A program made the position numbers and the translations under genes. DNA of 62,969 bases, counting the filler, from Neolecta irregularis DAH-3 (Eukaryota): the NCBI GenBank assembly GCA_001929475.1. It is 14 parts of 14 records of this genome, joined end to end, with 100 filler letters (N's around TTAATTAATTAA, not from the genome) between each part and the next. Parts side by side here need not be neighbours in the genome. Positions count along the whole stretch, not along the records: positions 49,233 to 50,953 come from LXFE01000445.1; positions 51,054 to 52,340 come from LXFE01003686.1; positions 52,441 to 54,022 come from LXFE01000449.1; positions 54,123 to 55,720 come from LXFE01003688.1; positions 55,821 to 57,105 come from LXFE01003703.1; positions 57,206 to 58,515 come from LXFE01003709.1; positions 58,616 to 62,969 come from LXFE01003717.1; 7 more parts are not named here. One strand, written 5' to 3'. The stretch's first letter is position 1; the number at the start of each line of letters is the position of its first letter. Below, piece by piece: positions 49,683-62,969 of the stretch. The notes below the pieces were generated by a model, which was given only the letters and a program-made list of their open reading frames with translations, ran no database searches and was not told the DNA's origin.

Positions 49683-50953
49683 TTATTCGTCGTCTTCATC
49701 AATGCCATTCCCATTATCAGAATTGCTGGAGTAATGGTCCATCATAGCAGAATATCCTGTGATTTGGGACAAATCAGAGGTATTTTCTTGTGTTATTCTC
49801 GGGTCTTCTAACTTTCCAAGAATTCCAGTAGTAAGCCAGTGCTTTTGGCAAGCTTCCGCCTCAACTATATCCTCCTTGACCCGATTTCTTTCATCAGTGA
49901 CGAATTTTTTCAATTGACTAAACACCCGTTCACATTCAGCACTCATTCCAGGAACCGAGAGAATATCAAATGCCATCTGGCTCAGAATCGGATACTGCTT
50001 CCTATTATTGGACCACCATGTAATTGGATCCTTGATTTCTTCATCTTCCTCAGAGACTCCTGGTCCAGTAAATCGCTCAAGTTCATTCTTGGTCTTGTAG
50101 GTTTTTCTTCGGTAGGAAGCTGAAATTCGACCATCATCATCAAATGCAGTATCTGTATCTGATGAGGATGAGCTATCAGTTTGATGTTTCCGTTTCCTTT
50201 GCTTTTGTTTTAAGACTTCTGGAATTAATTCGGTTTTGTATGCTTGTTCATATCCAGCATAGAAGTCCTTGACTGCTGTATACATATCAGCTTTCCACTT
50301 TTTCTCTGTTCGCCATTTATCTTCAAACCAATCGTATTTATGAGCTGGATGAAGAACAATTGATGTGCGGTAAATAGGTGTAACATCTGTAAGGTTAAAG
50401 TAGTGCTCGAGTTTTTTAAATCCACAATCGATACCAATTTTATAATGTACTGGAAATTTACTTGGATTTGCATCAATTGCCTTGGAATACTTGTTCATAT
50501 GCTTGAACAAAAGGTTGAATGATCGTAGAGTTTCCCATATTGAACCATGAGTACCTTCTTGTCCATTTTTATTGCCGTTACCCTGTAAACGCCTAGACAT
50601 TTTCTCGAGTGGCTTTAAAAGGTAGTAGAATAAGTTTAATTCTTCCCAATCAGTTTTAACTAACTGATCCTTTGATAAATCGTATACGTTTTTTTCCTTT
50701 GGCTTCTTCCAATAAAGGAAATAAAGATCAATGGCTTTTCTTAATTTTCTTGCACGCTTGATCATATAGAAAACAGAATTCCATCGAATACCCCCGTCTT
50801 TGTAAAGTTGGTACAAGAAGATATTATCATTCCCACTTTCAATATTAATGTTTTGTTGTAACTTCTTGAATTCTTCCTGACGTTGGTCCGTTCGATTAAT
50901 ATTCGTGCAAAAATTATGTAATTTCCCAATACATCCGGTCTTATTCCATATCT
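49683..50953 (-). mobile_element. hAT transposase, 3' portion (5' part in gap)
   Basis: IRWNS, LHP, PITWWSNNRKQYPILSQMAFDILSVPGMSAECERVFS (hAT dimerisation domain). Confidence 0.93.
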
Positions 50954-51053
50954 NNNNNNNNNNNNNNNNNNNNNNNNNNNNNNNNNNNNNNNNNNNNTTA
51001 ATTAATTAANNNNNNNNNNNNNNNNNNNNNNNNNNNNNNNNNNNNNNNNNNNN

Positions 51054-51180
51054 GAATCATAATATGATATGTCCTGGCCCGGAAAGTGATCACGACGAAA
51101 AGAGCAAATGGCTGACTCTAAAAACCAAAAGCTTCTGAATGCGGACATTGCAAGAAATATTCATTTGAGGCTGTCCTCAA
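51054..51180 (-). promoter_or_regulatory. Third copy of the PAN-family upstream repeat unit
   Basis: Reverse complement matches 4310-4480 and 52095-52180. Confidence 0.6.
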
Positions 51181-51608
51181 GAGGTTCTGCAGGCATGCCG
51201 AGCAGCTGGCGGAGAGGCTGGAGAAGAGAGGCGTGGTGGCAAGGAGGGCTTTAACTCTGCTACCGAAGATGCCGGATGCCGTTTTTCATCGAGTTAATTG
51301 CCGCAATACAGGATGCTGCAGGGGCGCAGTTCAGCAAGGCGGTCGAGGATGCGCAGGGCGAGGCTGGGCGAGGCATGGTCCAAGGAGACGAGGGCGATGA
51401 TGGACAGAGTGCAGCGGGAGCGGGTGTCTGGAGGCCTAAGCTGGCCGCCATGAAGTAGATCTTTTGCAGGAAATAGTCAATACTCAAAATTGACAATATT
51501 GAATTACAATATTATTGTTGAATTACATCCTGTACGTGTGGCATTACTCTTGAGTAATGACATCAATATCTGAAAGAGTCTCGCTGAATTTCCTTTGCGT
51601 CTAAAACA

Positions 51609-52031
51609 TCAAATGACTTTTAAATCCCAACTAACCCTAATATTCTTGATCCTGTAGTACGCAGGCACGATGAAAATTGGATCGTTCGTGGGAATAAGTT
51701 TCACCTCCGATCCTTCATTAAATAGGTAGCAGAAGTAGTGGTTGGTTTTTTCTCGTAAATCGCATGCCAAAAGGAAAGAACCACACGAAGGGTCCTTGAG
51801 GCAGGCTGTAGCACATTGATCATCCGCATGGCGAATGATATGACGGACACGATAAGTCAAAGCAAGACCTTCGTAAGCATTAGCGCAACGGATAATTTGA
51901 GATGGTTGCAAAAATTTGGGATCTACTGCTCTGTGGGGCATCGAATCCTTAACAAATTTGTCAAGAGGAACAGTATACCCTGCAAAGGAAAGCTTTCCAC
52001 ACAAGACGAGGAACAAAAAGATCGACAACAT
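51609..52031 (-). CDS. Small secreted PAN/apple-like protein (paralog of 4539-4907)
   Basis: MLSIFLFLVLCGKLSFA signal; CATACLKDPSCGSF...CYLF. Confidence 0.78.
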   Translation of the reverse strand: MLSIFLFLVLCGKLSFAGYTVPLDKFVKDSMPHRAVDPKFLQPSQIIRCANAYEGLALTYRVRHIIRHADDQCATACLKDPSCGSFLLACDLREKTNHYFCYLFNEGSEVKLIPTNDPIFIVPAYYRIKNIRVSWDLKVI

Positions 52032-52440
52032 GGTTAGCGACAAATTGAAAAAGATTTAGGGCGGGCACCTCGCCCTTAAATAATATTGAACAATCCGAAA
52101 AGAGCAAATGGCTGGCACTCTTCTTGAAACCAAATGCTTCTGAATGCAGGCATTGCAATTGAAATATTCATTTAAGGCTTGTCCATGATAAGAGTATGCC
52201 GATCTTTTTGGACGAGTGTGTTAATACGATCGCGACTATAGGCAGAGACGAATGTGGTTTTGTCCCATTCAATTGTTGTAATGCTTCGAGGTAATCGATT
52301 CTTAATATCCCAAAACACAGCTTTTGCAAGATGAACATCANNNNNNNNNNNNNNNNNNNNNNNNNNNNNNNNNNNNNNNNNNNNTTAATTAATTAANNNN
52401 NNNNNNNNNNNNNNNNNNNNNNNNNNNNNNNNNNNNNNNN

Positions 52441-53145
52441 AAGCAGGCTGCATACTATACTCTGTGGTACAATGAGGCCCCCAAATGAGTGCAGGTCGGA
52501 CAATTATCAGCTTCAATCTATTGTATTAAAATACCTTGCCATTTCAGCATGAAATACCCATGAATTGCTTGGAGACCCTGTTCCGTTTTCAAAATCCATT
52601 TCCCTTTCCTTGTGGACGGTTTCAATGGTGCATCTTCATTCTGGAGCCCCGAGCTTCCTTTGTAGACCTAACAGTTGATACAATCAATACACGTTGCTTA
52701 CCTCCGTTCCACTGCATTGTACTAAACATCGTACCCCGCATTCCGCCGCCTTCGTTCCGACAATCAAGGATCTGTTATATATCTCAGTTTCAAAGAACTT
52801 GTATCAGGGCCATCAACAATGTGATTGTACATATTCATTCGCGTCAAACGGTAACTCGGATTGGAGATTGAAAACCCAATCCCACTTATGTAACCCAAAG
52901 ATGCGCGTGGCAGTAGCTAAACTTTGTTAATTGTATTCTCGAAAAGAAGAAACAATACAGGGATTAGACATATCTGCCTGTTGAAAGTTTGGAGCAATTA
53001 CAGTCATCATTTCGTTTGACAAGTGAACCATTTCGGGGACACGTTTATCAACTATGCACAGATGCTTTGCTAATTTCTGTTTCTCGATCGTAAGAGACAG
53101 ATGGCGGCCCAGGAATCCAACACCGCCAATGATCAGAATGTTCAT
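52441..53145 (-). CDS. NAD-dependent epimerase/dehydratase (extended SDR), 3' end in gap
   Basis: ILIIGGVGFLG Rossmann motif, IVRPALIWGP; 4 introns. Confidence 0.85.
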
Positions 53146-53514
53146 CTTTGACTTCCTTGGGAAAGCAAGATCTTGTTTATGTTCCGGGATTCGATATCTT
53201 TTTGGTTGTCAGGTACTGGGTTATTCATGTGGGAGTTGGCAATTTATGAAGATTGTCTAGTGATATTTGCCATGCGTGAGGGTTACAAGCTATTACCAAT
53301 CCCACCTATTCCTGCCGAAGTGAACGAGATCATGTTTTAATTTATAACCCGAGACCTTTGATAACCTAGCATATTTGTGGGCGCTCCAAGTCAAGTGCGA
53401 CAAGAAGGCTCCAGCTGGCGCTAAAGGGTTCCAACAGAATTGAGCACGCCAGATTACCTTACCCTTTGCCACACTTTGCTCATTGTTTACTACTGTGCGA
53501 AATCAGACATTTCT

Positions 53515-53720
53515 TGTAAGCTATGCGCTTAGCAGTACGATAAGACCTAGTGTTATAACTAGCCTAAGTAGAGATAATGCCGAGGGGAACATACCTAGCT
53601 TAAGTAGACGTACTTGGCTAAGAATTTCCCCACTCCCGGCACTATATACTATTTACATATCAGCCGCCCTGCCGTTTCCGTCTTTGGTAAGGATATATTC
53701 GAGTGTATATCCTTCTTACA
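53515..53720 (+). mobile_element. Solo short LTR
   Basis: TGTAAG...CTTACA; flanks TTTCT/TTTTT (one-mismatch TSD). Confidence 0.88.
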
Positions 53721-54122
53721 TTTTTCATGCGTAGCTTGAAATCACAATACTCATCCAGATCTTGGTCCAGAAAATCCAACAGGATATAAGTACCTTAGGA
53801 TAGATGCAATACAATATTCACTAAATAACCAAAATCGCTAGCATAGAGTGATTTCTATCTGGCCATTTCTTTCATTGGTGAAGTATGCTGCACATACAAA
53901 ATTCATGTCGTATCATACTGATCACTATATCACGTGATCCGGGACGAATCTTGCGTGTGTAACTTTGAGCAAATTGCAAATCAATTCACAGTTGAACAAC
54001 AAACCAACGTATTCAAACGAAANNNNNNNNNNNNNNNNNNNNNNNNNNNNNNNNNNNNNNNNNNNNTTAATTAATTAANNNNNNNNNNNNNNNNNNNNNN
54101 NNNNNNNNNNNNNNNNNNNNNN

Positions 54123-54648
54123 TTCATCCCCAAACCCCCAATTTTCATCCCTCTAACAGAGGTCATTGCAATTACCTTGTCGAGAGCAGGTTCTGGTGCA
54201 GCTGCTTCCGCAACAAAAACATTCGATATGACCTTTCAACTCAAAGGTAACACAGAACATCAATTTTCAAATGTGAATCGAGAGGAACAAACTCCCCTGG
54301 AAGATTATTTCAAGAATAAGAACATTAAAGTCCGGAACGATCTTGACGAAGATGTATCTTTATAGTGCTTCCAAAGTTAACGAATAGTCATCTGCTTTAA
54401 TGGCTGCTGTGCTGGATGCAGAAATAAGTGATGGAGATTCTAGTGAAGATGACCGGCCAAACATTAGATCTCCGGGGGCTGTCGGTGCAAATGATGAAGA
54501 TGACTCTGGTATTCCAATCTCATTTTCGAGAGATTGACAAGTTCTAGTGGACGACGACTTTCAGGGAGAATCAGAAAGTGATATTGCCGAGGAATATGAC
54601 AGTGAAGCCAACCCAAGTACTAATGGTGATGAAATGGACGAGGAGTAA
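54123..54648 (+). CDS. POB3: FACT subunit Pob3/SSRP1, 3' portion
   Basis: FIPKPPIFI...TFD...EHQFSNVNREEQ...DDDFQ...SDIAEEYDS acidic tail. Confidence 0.92.
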
Positions 54649-54709
54649 AAAGCGTTTTTATAACTCTTTCATTTTGGTTTATACTATGCTTGTACTACAA
54701 AAAGTAAAC

Positions 54710-55720
54710 TCAATACCGTTGGCCACGTCTCTCTGCTTGCTCTGCAGCTTTTATTCTCGCGGCTCTGAAATCTGGGATGTTTGGAGATCTATCTCTTGGA
54801 GGAGACTCTCGCTTGATTCGTCTGCCCGGTGAATTTGAACCGTGTTTAGGATATGGAGATGAATTCCTTCGACGAAATCGTCTTGGCGGAGAAGCAGAAC
54901 CCTTACTTGATCTCGGACTTTGACTTTCGTTCCGGCGGTAATGAGAAGCCTTTCTGGAATGGCGAATAGGACTAGGGGACCTCGGCCTTCTTGGAGGTGA
55001 TACGGACTGTCTACGTCTTCTACGCGGTGTGGAACTTCGTCTCCGTCTACTGATTCGTCTCGAGTCAACACTCGGACCTCGACTAGCATAACTTCGCGAA
55101 TCGGAAGAGGAGCCACTCTCGCTATCTGAACTTTCAACTACATGAGCAGGCAACGCTGGTATGTTCTTGGATCAGTTCAGAACAAAAGTAAGGTCATACT
55201 TTCAGCGTCTCCCTCATTCCCTCAGTAACCATACCTAATCCAATACTAGTGAAGTAATTAATACTAAACCTAGTTTTCCTAGGTTCATCCAGAGGGAACA
55301 GTCCCTCAGTGGCTTCCTTCATGAATGGATCATTCAAGCGTTCCGATAACTTCTTGACGGAGATAGCTTCCCCAATATCTTGGAATAGAATCTTTATAAA
55401 TATTCGAGATGAAGAGGTTGTTTCATCTTCGTTTAACTTGATTGAGGAGAGCACTGTCCAAGAAATCGCATCAGTAGACAAGAGGTGACCAAAAAATCTC
55501 GCAATGTTTCGAAGACGATTGGTTTCATAACGGTGAATCGTATCATAGTATGTTTGAAAGCTGCCTTCAAACGTTTCTGCCCATATGCTATTCAACCTGC
55601 AGAATCTCTCGCCGATAAGACCATAGAACTTGGAATATGTGCGCTCTTGGGAACAACATTCTATTATCATGTTGCAAAATTCAACCTGTCCGTTAGATTT
55701 TGAAAAAAAGGACGAGTTAT
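54710..55720 (-). CDS. CWC22: Splicing factor Cwc22, 3' portion
   Basis: IIECCSQERTYSKFYGL, IHRYETNRLRNIARFF, TTSSSRIFIKILFQ, RFSINYFTSIGLG; RS-rich tail. Confidence 0.96.
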
Positions 55721-56067
55721 NNNNNNNNNNNNNNNNNNNNNNNNNNNNNNNNNNNNNNNNNNNNTTAATTAATTAANNNNNNNNNNNNNNNNNNNNNNNN
55801 NNNNNNNNNNNNNNNNNNNNACTCACTTACTCACTTACTCACTTCTATTCACACTAAAAATCAATCATTCATGATAAGGACCAATATGCTAGTATGCTGT
55901 TAATTATATGCTCCGACTTTGCGTGCGTAAATTAAAGAAAAATCTGGTGACAAAGGATGTGCCGTGAAACAAACAAAAATAAACGTGAGGACCGGTAGAT
56001 GGAGGGTTATTCGAAACAAAGGTATCCACCCCAAAACTCCGAAATCGCCATCAAAACTCAATGTGCA

Positions 56068-56832
<765 letters not shown>

Positions 56833-57029
56833 GGAGGTTAGGGTGAACAATCAGAGAGAGCGAGAGAGCAACTGCCGGATGGAGGTTAGGCTGGGCAACA
56901 GCGGGCCGAGGAGAGGGGCGAGGAGAGGGTGAGGCGAAGCGAGGCTGGGCGGGCGTTGCGGGAATCGGCAGGTGCACAAAAGGCCGAGGCTGAGCGGCCC
57001 AGCTGTATTTTGTCACTGTCGATATCAGT

Positions 57030-57105
57030 CTGTATGCTATATGCTATATGCTATATGCTGTTGTAGTATCTGTTGTATGCTGTAGTATCTGTTGTATGCT
57101 GCTGT
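57030..57105. repeat. (TATGC)n/TGT-rich simple repeat upstream of Rac
   Basis: Direct reading. Confidence 0.85.
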
Positions 57106-58909
57106 NNNNNNNNNNNNNNNNNNNNNNNNNNNNNNNNNNNNNNNNNNNNTTAATTAATTAANNNNNNNNNNNNNNNNNNNNNNNNNNNNNNNNNNNNNNN
57201 NNNNNGTTTCACGGTGCAATTGTAGGGCTGTTATCACATCCTTTGACGGCAATTCCTTCTTCAACATTGCAATTTTTTATGTTAGTTGCCAAAACGTACA
57301 TCTGCCTCCTGACATTTTGGCTGATATCAAGCGCTTCCTCGCATCCGCCCTCTTAAAACTCTAATTACGACTCAACTGTCTCTGATTCATGGCCGGTCAG
57401 AATTATCCATCGACGTTCTTCCGCAATTAAAACCTGCGTATCGTGATCCTTCCCGCGCCCTCGCCACTCTAACTGCCTCGCCCGTTCCAGCGCTCTCACC
57501 TGTTCCAACTCTCTCACCCACTCCAACTCCCGCGCCCGCTCCAGTGCCCTCACCCACTCCAGCACCCTCGCCCGCTCCAGCGCCCTTGCCAGCTCCAACT
57601 CCGTTTCCCGCTTCAACTGCCTAGTCTGCTGCAGCGCCCTTGCCAGTTGCAGTACCCCACCTGCTGAGACGCCCTCTCTGGCTGCAACTCCCTCGCCCAA
57701 GCCCTCTGAAACGCCCTATCCTGCTGCAGCGCCCTCTCTAGTTGTGTGGTTCTGATCCGAAAACCGCTACTGAAAGGGACCGGCTGACTGTGAAAATTGT
57801 GTACTCCGCACAAGTAACCCTTGAAGTCATCCACCAATTCCTCCTCAAGCAATATCTAAAGGATGAGCAAGTTCTTCAAGGTAATATTCTGATCGACTGC
57901 TGGCCAATACCAACTACCCAGGGCTTATGGCACTCAACAACCTTTTGTGTCAAACGCCCACCCTCAAATTTTCACCATGGGTAATTCAAAGAATCTTTAC
58001 AAAGAGCAAGATGCAGTACCTCTCACTGGGGCTCTCCTAGCCTGGAGTGGCATTTTTCAATCACTTTGACCTTCACAAGGCAACAATATTTTTGGGTTCT
58101 CTAATACTTATTTGATAGGTTCCCTCACTGTAAACGTTGATGTTGCCACTACTGTTGCCTGGCAGGGCGACCTATTGCTGTTGATCTGGTATGTAAGCAT
58201 ACAAATTGTTGTGAGGCCGCCGACCTCGTCTCAATGGGTGATCGAGATCGGCACAAGCTCCAACAAGCAATTAAAGGCCTCACCTTTTTCTTCACCCATC
58301 GACAAGAGCAAGGTCGACGAAAAGTTTTGACTATCAAGCAGTTGATGAAGGCAAGTTCAATTACTACAACATTTCTGATGGAAAAAGACTGCGAGACAAA
58401 ACTATTAGCATACAACGCTCTATGAATATGGCATATAACAAAGATATCTGATATCCACAGCTTTTCTGTTCGTTCTGCCATTCTTCGGTGGCTCACATAT
58501 AGGCGTTCAGAGTACNNNNNNNNNNNNNNNNNNNNNNNNNNNNNNNNNNNNNNNNNNNNTTAATTAATTAANNNNNNNNNNNNNNNNNNNNNNNNNNNNN
58601 NNNNNNNNNNNNNNNCCGGAGATTGATTGACCTGCCCGCCCGCTGGAGGGTCTCTGGCGGGGTCGGGCGGGCGGGTGGACATACTGTAAAAAATTTTATC
58701 TAGCAAGTCCAGACAAGTAAGTCCAGACTTACAAGTAAAATAGCAAGTCCAAGTAAGTAAGTCCAAAGGCCTGAAATATGCAAGTAAGTAAGTCTGCTCG
58801 CATGCCTGATAGAGATTGCGATATGGGTATTCCAAGAGGACAAATTGACAGTCTAAATCAGTGTGTCCACCGAATGGATTCCATGCACAAACCTTGTAAT
58901 CTAAAAACA

Positions 58910-61560
58910 TACTATTTCCGCAACCAAATTTACCATTCTTGGTAAATTTACTTGTAGCATGATTGCGAGTTCACTTAATCAAGTAAAATATGTATCAATT
59001 CAAGACAAATCATGCATACTACCACAACAAATCTCCATCTCTCACCTTACTGCTCGCAAGATCGGTCAAAAGAAAATTTTCAGCAAGACAAAAAATAACC
59101 ATGCTTACAACCCCAACAAAGCCTCAACGAATTCAGTCTTTTTTAGGAGGGTGATGTATTGGATTGGACCCATTAGGAACTATTCTTGCGGCAAGTCCTA
59201 AATGAAAGATAAGGGTTGTTGGTAGAATATACCTGAGAAGAAAGTGGAGAACACGGACAGCATGGTCGTAAAAGCAGTGAAAATCTGCATATTTGTTGGA
59301 TTTTGAAAATGTGAATGAGTACAAGTTCGATGGCAAGACTCTGTCTTTTATAGCATTCCCACTGCACCATATTCGTCATGAAGACATGGATTTTCTTTTT
59401 TGCCAGAAACGCGTGGCTGCACATGTAAGTATTGAAGCCCAAATACGAATAAGACTAGGTTGCATTGTTTCTAGCCTAAGTATTGGCGACTTCTCCAGGA
59501 CATACCTAGCCTAAGGATTGGCGACTTGGCTAGGTATGAACTGCCTATCTATATTATATACTACAATTTAATTGCCGCAACATTAATGCAAGACTTCCTT
59601 CGTGTGCCATAGGTATATGCTTACAGTATGACCTGGAAGCCTGTCTAATATATCATGCATCATATCTCTAGGATCAGCTTCGGCACTTGATGGCACTGGT
59701 AGTTTGGTTATACCGAGCCTAGTTCCCGCAAACGTAGGCTTGCTAGATAATACAACCTAGTCGTATTTGTACTCGGGGACTCGCACTTACACTTTGGGAG
59801 GGGTTGGAATACATTAGTATGAGAAGAGAATGATTAGCATGTTCCATTGCGGTCTTCGTTTGATGGAATTATCATTATGCTAAAGACGATCGATGATAAA
59901 ATGGCGCCATGGGGCAGACTCAATTCTAGGGGAATATGGATAAAGATATATATTATATAGTTTCCTTGACCCAGTTCAACAGTGTTTGTATTTGTCTCAG
60001 GTAGACCTGGATTGTGCTCAGTAGTGTAGTAATTTCAGACAAGATCAATCATTATGGTAAAGTGTGATATTCAAGGATTAGAACAAATGTTCGAACGAGA
60101 AATTTCAAAATAGGAACGCTAAAATGAAGAAATGAATGGCCAGAATCCAGCCACAAGATCCTGCACAATTCCCCAGATATATTCTTTAAGAGCAGCATGC
60201 CTGTAGATGTAGTAGAAAGTAGGGGGCATGTCGAGGAGAGGACGATATCGATACAGAAGGATTTCAATAATATAAATAGTGCAGAGGGTTGGTCGTCATA
60301 ATCTAGACTCGGTTAACCGGGAGCTAACGTGCAAATCCCCATGGGTAAGTAGACTGAAATTTTAATCATCAAATATTGCCACTAGAAGTCACATCGGCAA
60401 CCGACCTTTGCCTTTTCATCATTTCATATGGCAACGGAAATTACACCCACTGGACTTTGGACTTACTTGTTAGCAAGTCTGCTTAGAAGTACGATAACAA
60501 TTATTTCTGCAACCACCAATGAAATTTACCATTCTTGGTACCATTGGGATTGCAAAGTTCAGCAGAAACCCAATTGTCTGGGAAAATTGTCTTAGATAAT
60601 AACCGAGAGCATAAAATAGCCTTTTTCAGATACATAAGTAAGCCAGTTTCTCTCTAGGGGAGGCCAGGCTTTTCACCGTCTATCTGAATAGTACCAGTTA
60701 CTCTCCAAGTGACTCCACACGATCGAGGAAGTAACCAATGGTCTGGTATAACCGAAAAACTTATTACAACTAGCACCTCTCCTTCATCGAAATAAAATTA
60801 AGGAGCGAGATTATGCAAAATATATTGCTTTAGCACTGGACTCCGAGTACACAGATGATACTATACTTGTAGCATGATTTACAGTACCAACGAGTTCACT
60901 TAATCAATCATCAACAAAGATATATAACAATTGAAGACAAATCATGCATATTACCCCCAACAGATCTCCATCTCTCACCTTACTGCTCGCAAGACCGGTT
61001 AAAAGAAAATCTTCAACAAGACAAAAAATAACCCTGCTTACAACCCCAACAAAGCTTCAAAAGGGGTATTGCCGATGTCGATGTCGTTACTTATTGGATT
61101 CGATATACTAGGAACCTCCCGTGCGGCAAGTCCTAAATGTAAGATAAGGGTTGTTGGTGGAATATACCCGAGAAGAAAGTAGAGAACATGGATAGCATGA
61201 TTGTATATGCAGTGAAAATCTGCATAGCTGGATTTTGAAAATGAGAATGAATACAAGTTCGTGGCAACACTCTGTCTTTTATAGCATTTCCTCTGCACCA
61301 TATACGTCAGGAAGACGTGGATTTTACCAGAAACGCTTGACTGGGTGGCCTGGAGGCCTGTCTAATTATATATCATCCATCATATCTCTAGGATCAGCTT
61401 CGGCACTAAATGGAAAGACTGCTGTCGTTGATAGTATTCCCTCTGTACTATGTACGTCATGAAGACGTAAATTTTGCTAGAAACGCTTCGTGGTATGGCC
61501 TGGAGGTCTGTCTAATTATTTATCCTTCATGATATTTCTAGGATCAGCTTCGGCACTCTG
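58910..61560 (+). repeat. Local segmental duplication carrying a decayed ORF
   Basis: 58950-59690 aligns with 60865-61410; third partial copy at 61410-61560. Confidence 0.8.
59424..59625 (+). mobile_element. Solo short LTR inserted in one duplicate copy
   Basis: TGTAAG...CTTACA; absent from the paralogous site at ~61340. Confidence 0.85.
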
Positions 61561-61678
61561 TGCATCCTAGACAAGGGTGCGAGCTTGGCTTGGCTAGGAT
61601 ATACCAATGGGTATGTAGGGTTAGGTATCTTTTGATGTAGCTTAGTTATACCTAGCCTAGCTTTCCAGATAATACAAC

Positions 61679-62075
61679 CAGCGTTCCTAACCGACTGGAC
61701 CAGACCGGCCAAGCCCTTGGTCTGGTCCGTCTGGACCGCTGGAATCCTTGGTCTGGTCTGTCTAAACAGGCCATAGTCTAGACCATCCTATGAGCTAACG
61801 TGCAAATCCCATGGGTAAGTAGACTGAAATTTTAATCATTAAATACTGCCACTAGAAATCGCATCGGCAACCAGACTTGCTTGCTTGCATATTTCAGGCC
61901 TTTGGACTTGCTTGCTTGGACTTACTTGCTATTTTCCGTGCAAACTTGGACTTGCTTGTCTGGACTTGCTTGATAAATCTTTTTACAGTGTGTCCACCCG
62001 CCCGCCCGACCCCGCCGGAGACCTTCCAGCCGGCAAGTAGGTCAATCAATCTCCGGCAGGCGGGCGGGCGGGCGG
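61679..62075 (+). mobile_element. Cluster of hAT-type ends (CAGCGTTCC 61679, CAGACTTGC 61872, CAGTGTGTCC 61986)
   Basis: Matches to other copies in the window. Confidence 0.8.
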
Positions 62076-62084
62076 TTTAAAACG

Positions 62085-62345
62085 TTTCCTACGGAACTTT
62101 GATAAGTCTCATACCCAAGCTTCTTTTAACGCACGACGACAATCTTCTTTCTTCATAAACTCAATAAGGGCAATTAACCGGCGGGAGGAAGGACTACTTT
62201 TCCCGGGTCGCCAAATGCCCCAATCCAAACAGTGATTCCAGTCCCTCGACAGTTGTTCTATATGGAAAATTCTTCACACATAGAATAGTCTCCGATTTCT
62301 TTGTAGGCGAGAATGAATTCAAGCTGATTCCGATTGAATTGAAAT
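62085..62345 (-). pseudogene. MRD1: Frameshifted fragment of an MRD1/RBM19 RRM
   Basis: GISLNSFS...SETILCVKNFPYRTTVEGLESLF / VVLPPAG / IALIEF...RRAL across frameshifts. Confidence 0.72.
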
Positions 62346-62348
62346 TTC

Positions 62349-62760
62349 CAGTGTTGTGGGCGGGCCATGGGCTGGGCCCAGAAAAAAGCCCGGCCGATCG
62401 GCCCATGGGCCAAGATGGGCTTTTTCACGTGATAAGAGATAATATTATTTAGGGCAGCCTTCCAATCCAGCATCCTACCCGCCTTGCCTGCCCGACTCAC
62501 CAGCCCATCTCGCCTGTTTCTCCCATCTCGCCTGTTTCTCCCATCTCGCCTGTTTCTCTCATCTCGCCTGTTTCTCCCATCTCGCTGTCTCTCCCATCTC
62601 GCTGTCTCTCCCATCTCGCCTGTCTCGCCCGCCTCTCCTGCCTCTCCCACTTCACGTGGCTCACTCGCCTCGCCCGCCCTCATCGCCCGTCCTCGTCACC
62701 CGCCCTACTCGCCTGACCTTGCCGCCTACCCTTGCCGACCACCGGCTGTGCAGTATGGAG
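62349..62760 (+). mobile_element. CAGTGTTG-family element end with 18-bp C/T tandem units
   Basis: CAGTGTTGTGGGCGGGCC start; cccatctcgcctgtttct repeated. Confidence 0.75.
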
Positions 62761-62887
62761 CAGTGCCTTTGCCTGGGCCAGTGACCCCCGGCAGTTGATC
62801 AGGCCCAAGCGGGTCCCGAAGGCTGCCACAGCCGGCCGTAGGCTATGAAATACATTGTCAAATATTATACATACTGACAAAGAGTAT

Positions 62888-62969
62888 TGTAGGCGTATAC
62901 CTTTGGTACACGCTTACCAATGCAGAAGGAAGGCTTGCATTAATATTGCGGCAATTAAATTGTAGTATA
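62888..62969 (-). mobile_element. Short LTR, runs off window end
   Basis: Reverse complement matches 59555-59625. Confidence 0.75.

Noticed and set aside
54710-55720. CWC22 plus the PRP8 fragment as a splicing gene cluster explaining the odd introns
   Set aside because: 53 kb and many gaps apart; the visible CWC22 portion looks conventional and the PRP8 piece is decayed
57365-58430. Pro/Ala-rich repeat and broken ORFs, possibly a LINE ORF1 relic
   Set aside because: No zinc knuckle, endonuclease or RT motif could be confirmed

Overview
Eukaryotic (fungal, probably ascomycete) draft scaffold, broken by about 16 artificial N50-TTAATTAATTAA-N50 gap linkers. Very short introns, a Rac GTPase and compact genes would fit an early-diverging lineage such as Taphrinomycotina/Neolecta, but that is inference. 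Recognisable genes: ABCB/MDR exporter, DUF2985 membrane protein, mitochondrial NAD carrier, RPN13, ureG, YPP1, MATE transporter, SH3-WW Cdc25-like RasGEF (5' part), three tandem cytochrome P450s around an orphan 7TM protein, hAT transposase, SDR epimerase, POB3, CWC22 and Rac. Between them lie several hAT-type MITE families, short solo LTRs, fragments of host genes (PRP8, MRD1) and paralogous small secreted proteins. The most striking signal came from hand-splicing about 80 introns. Most are 31-42 nt, at least 8 need a GC donor, and 4 restore conserved protein only with a non-AG acceptor (three TG, one GG; one TG is shared by two paralogs). This points to an unusually permissive splicing system and needs RNA-seq confirmation.
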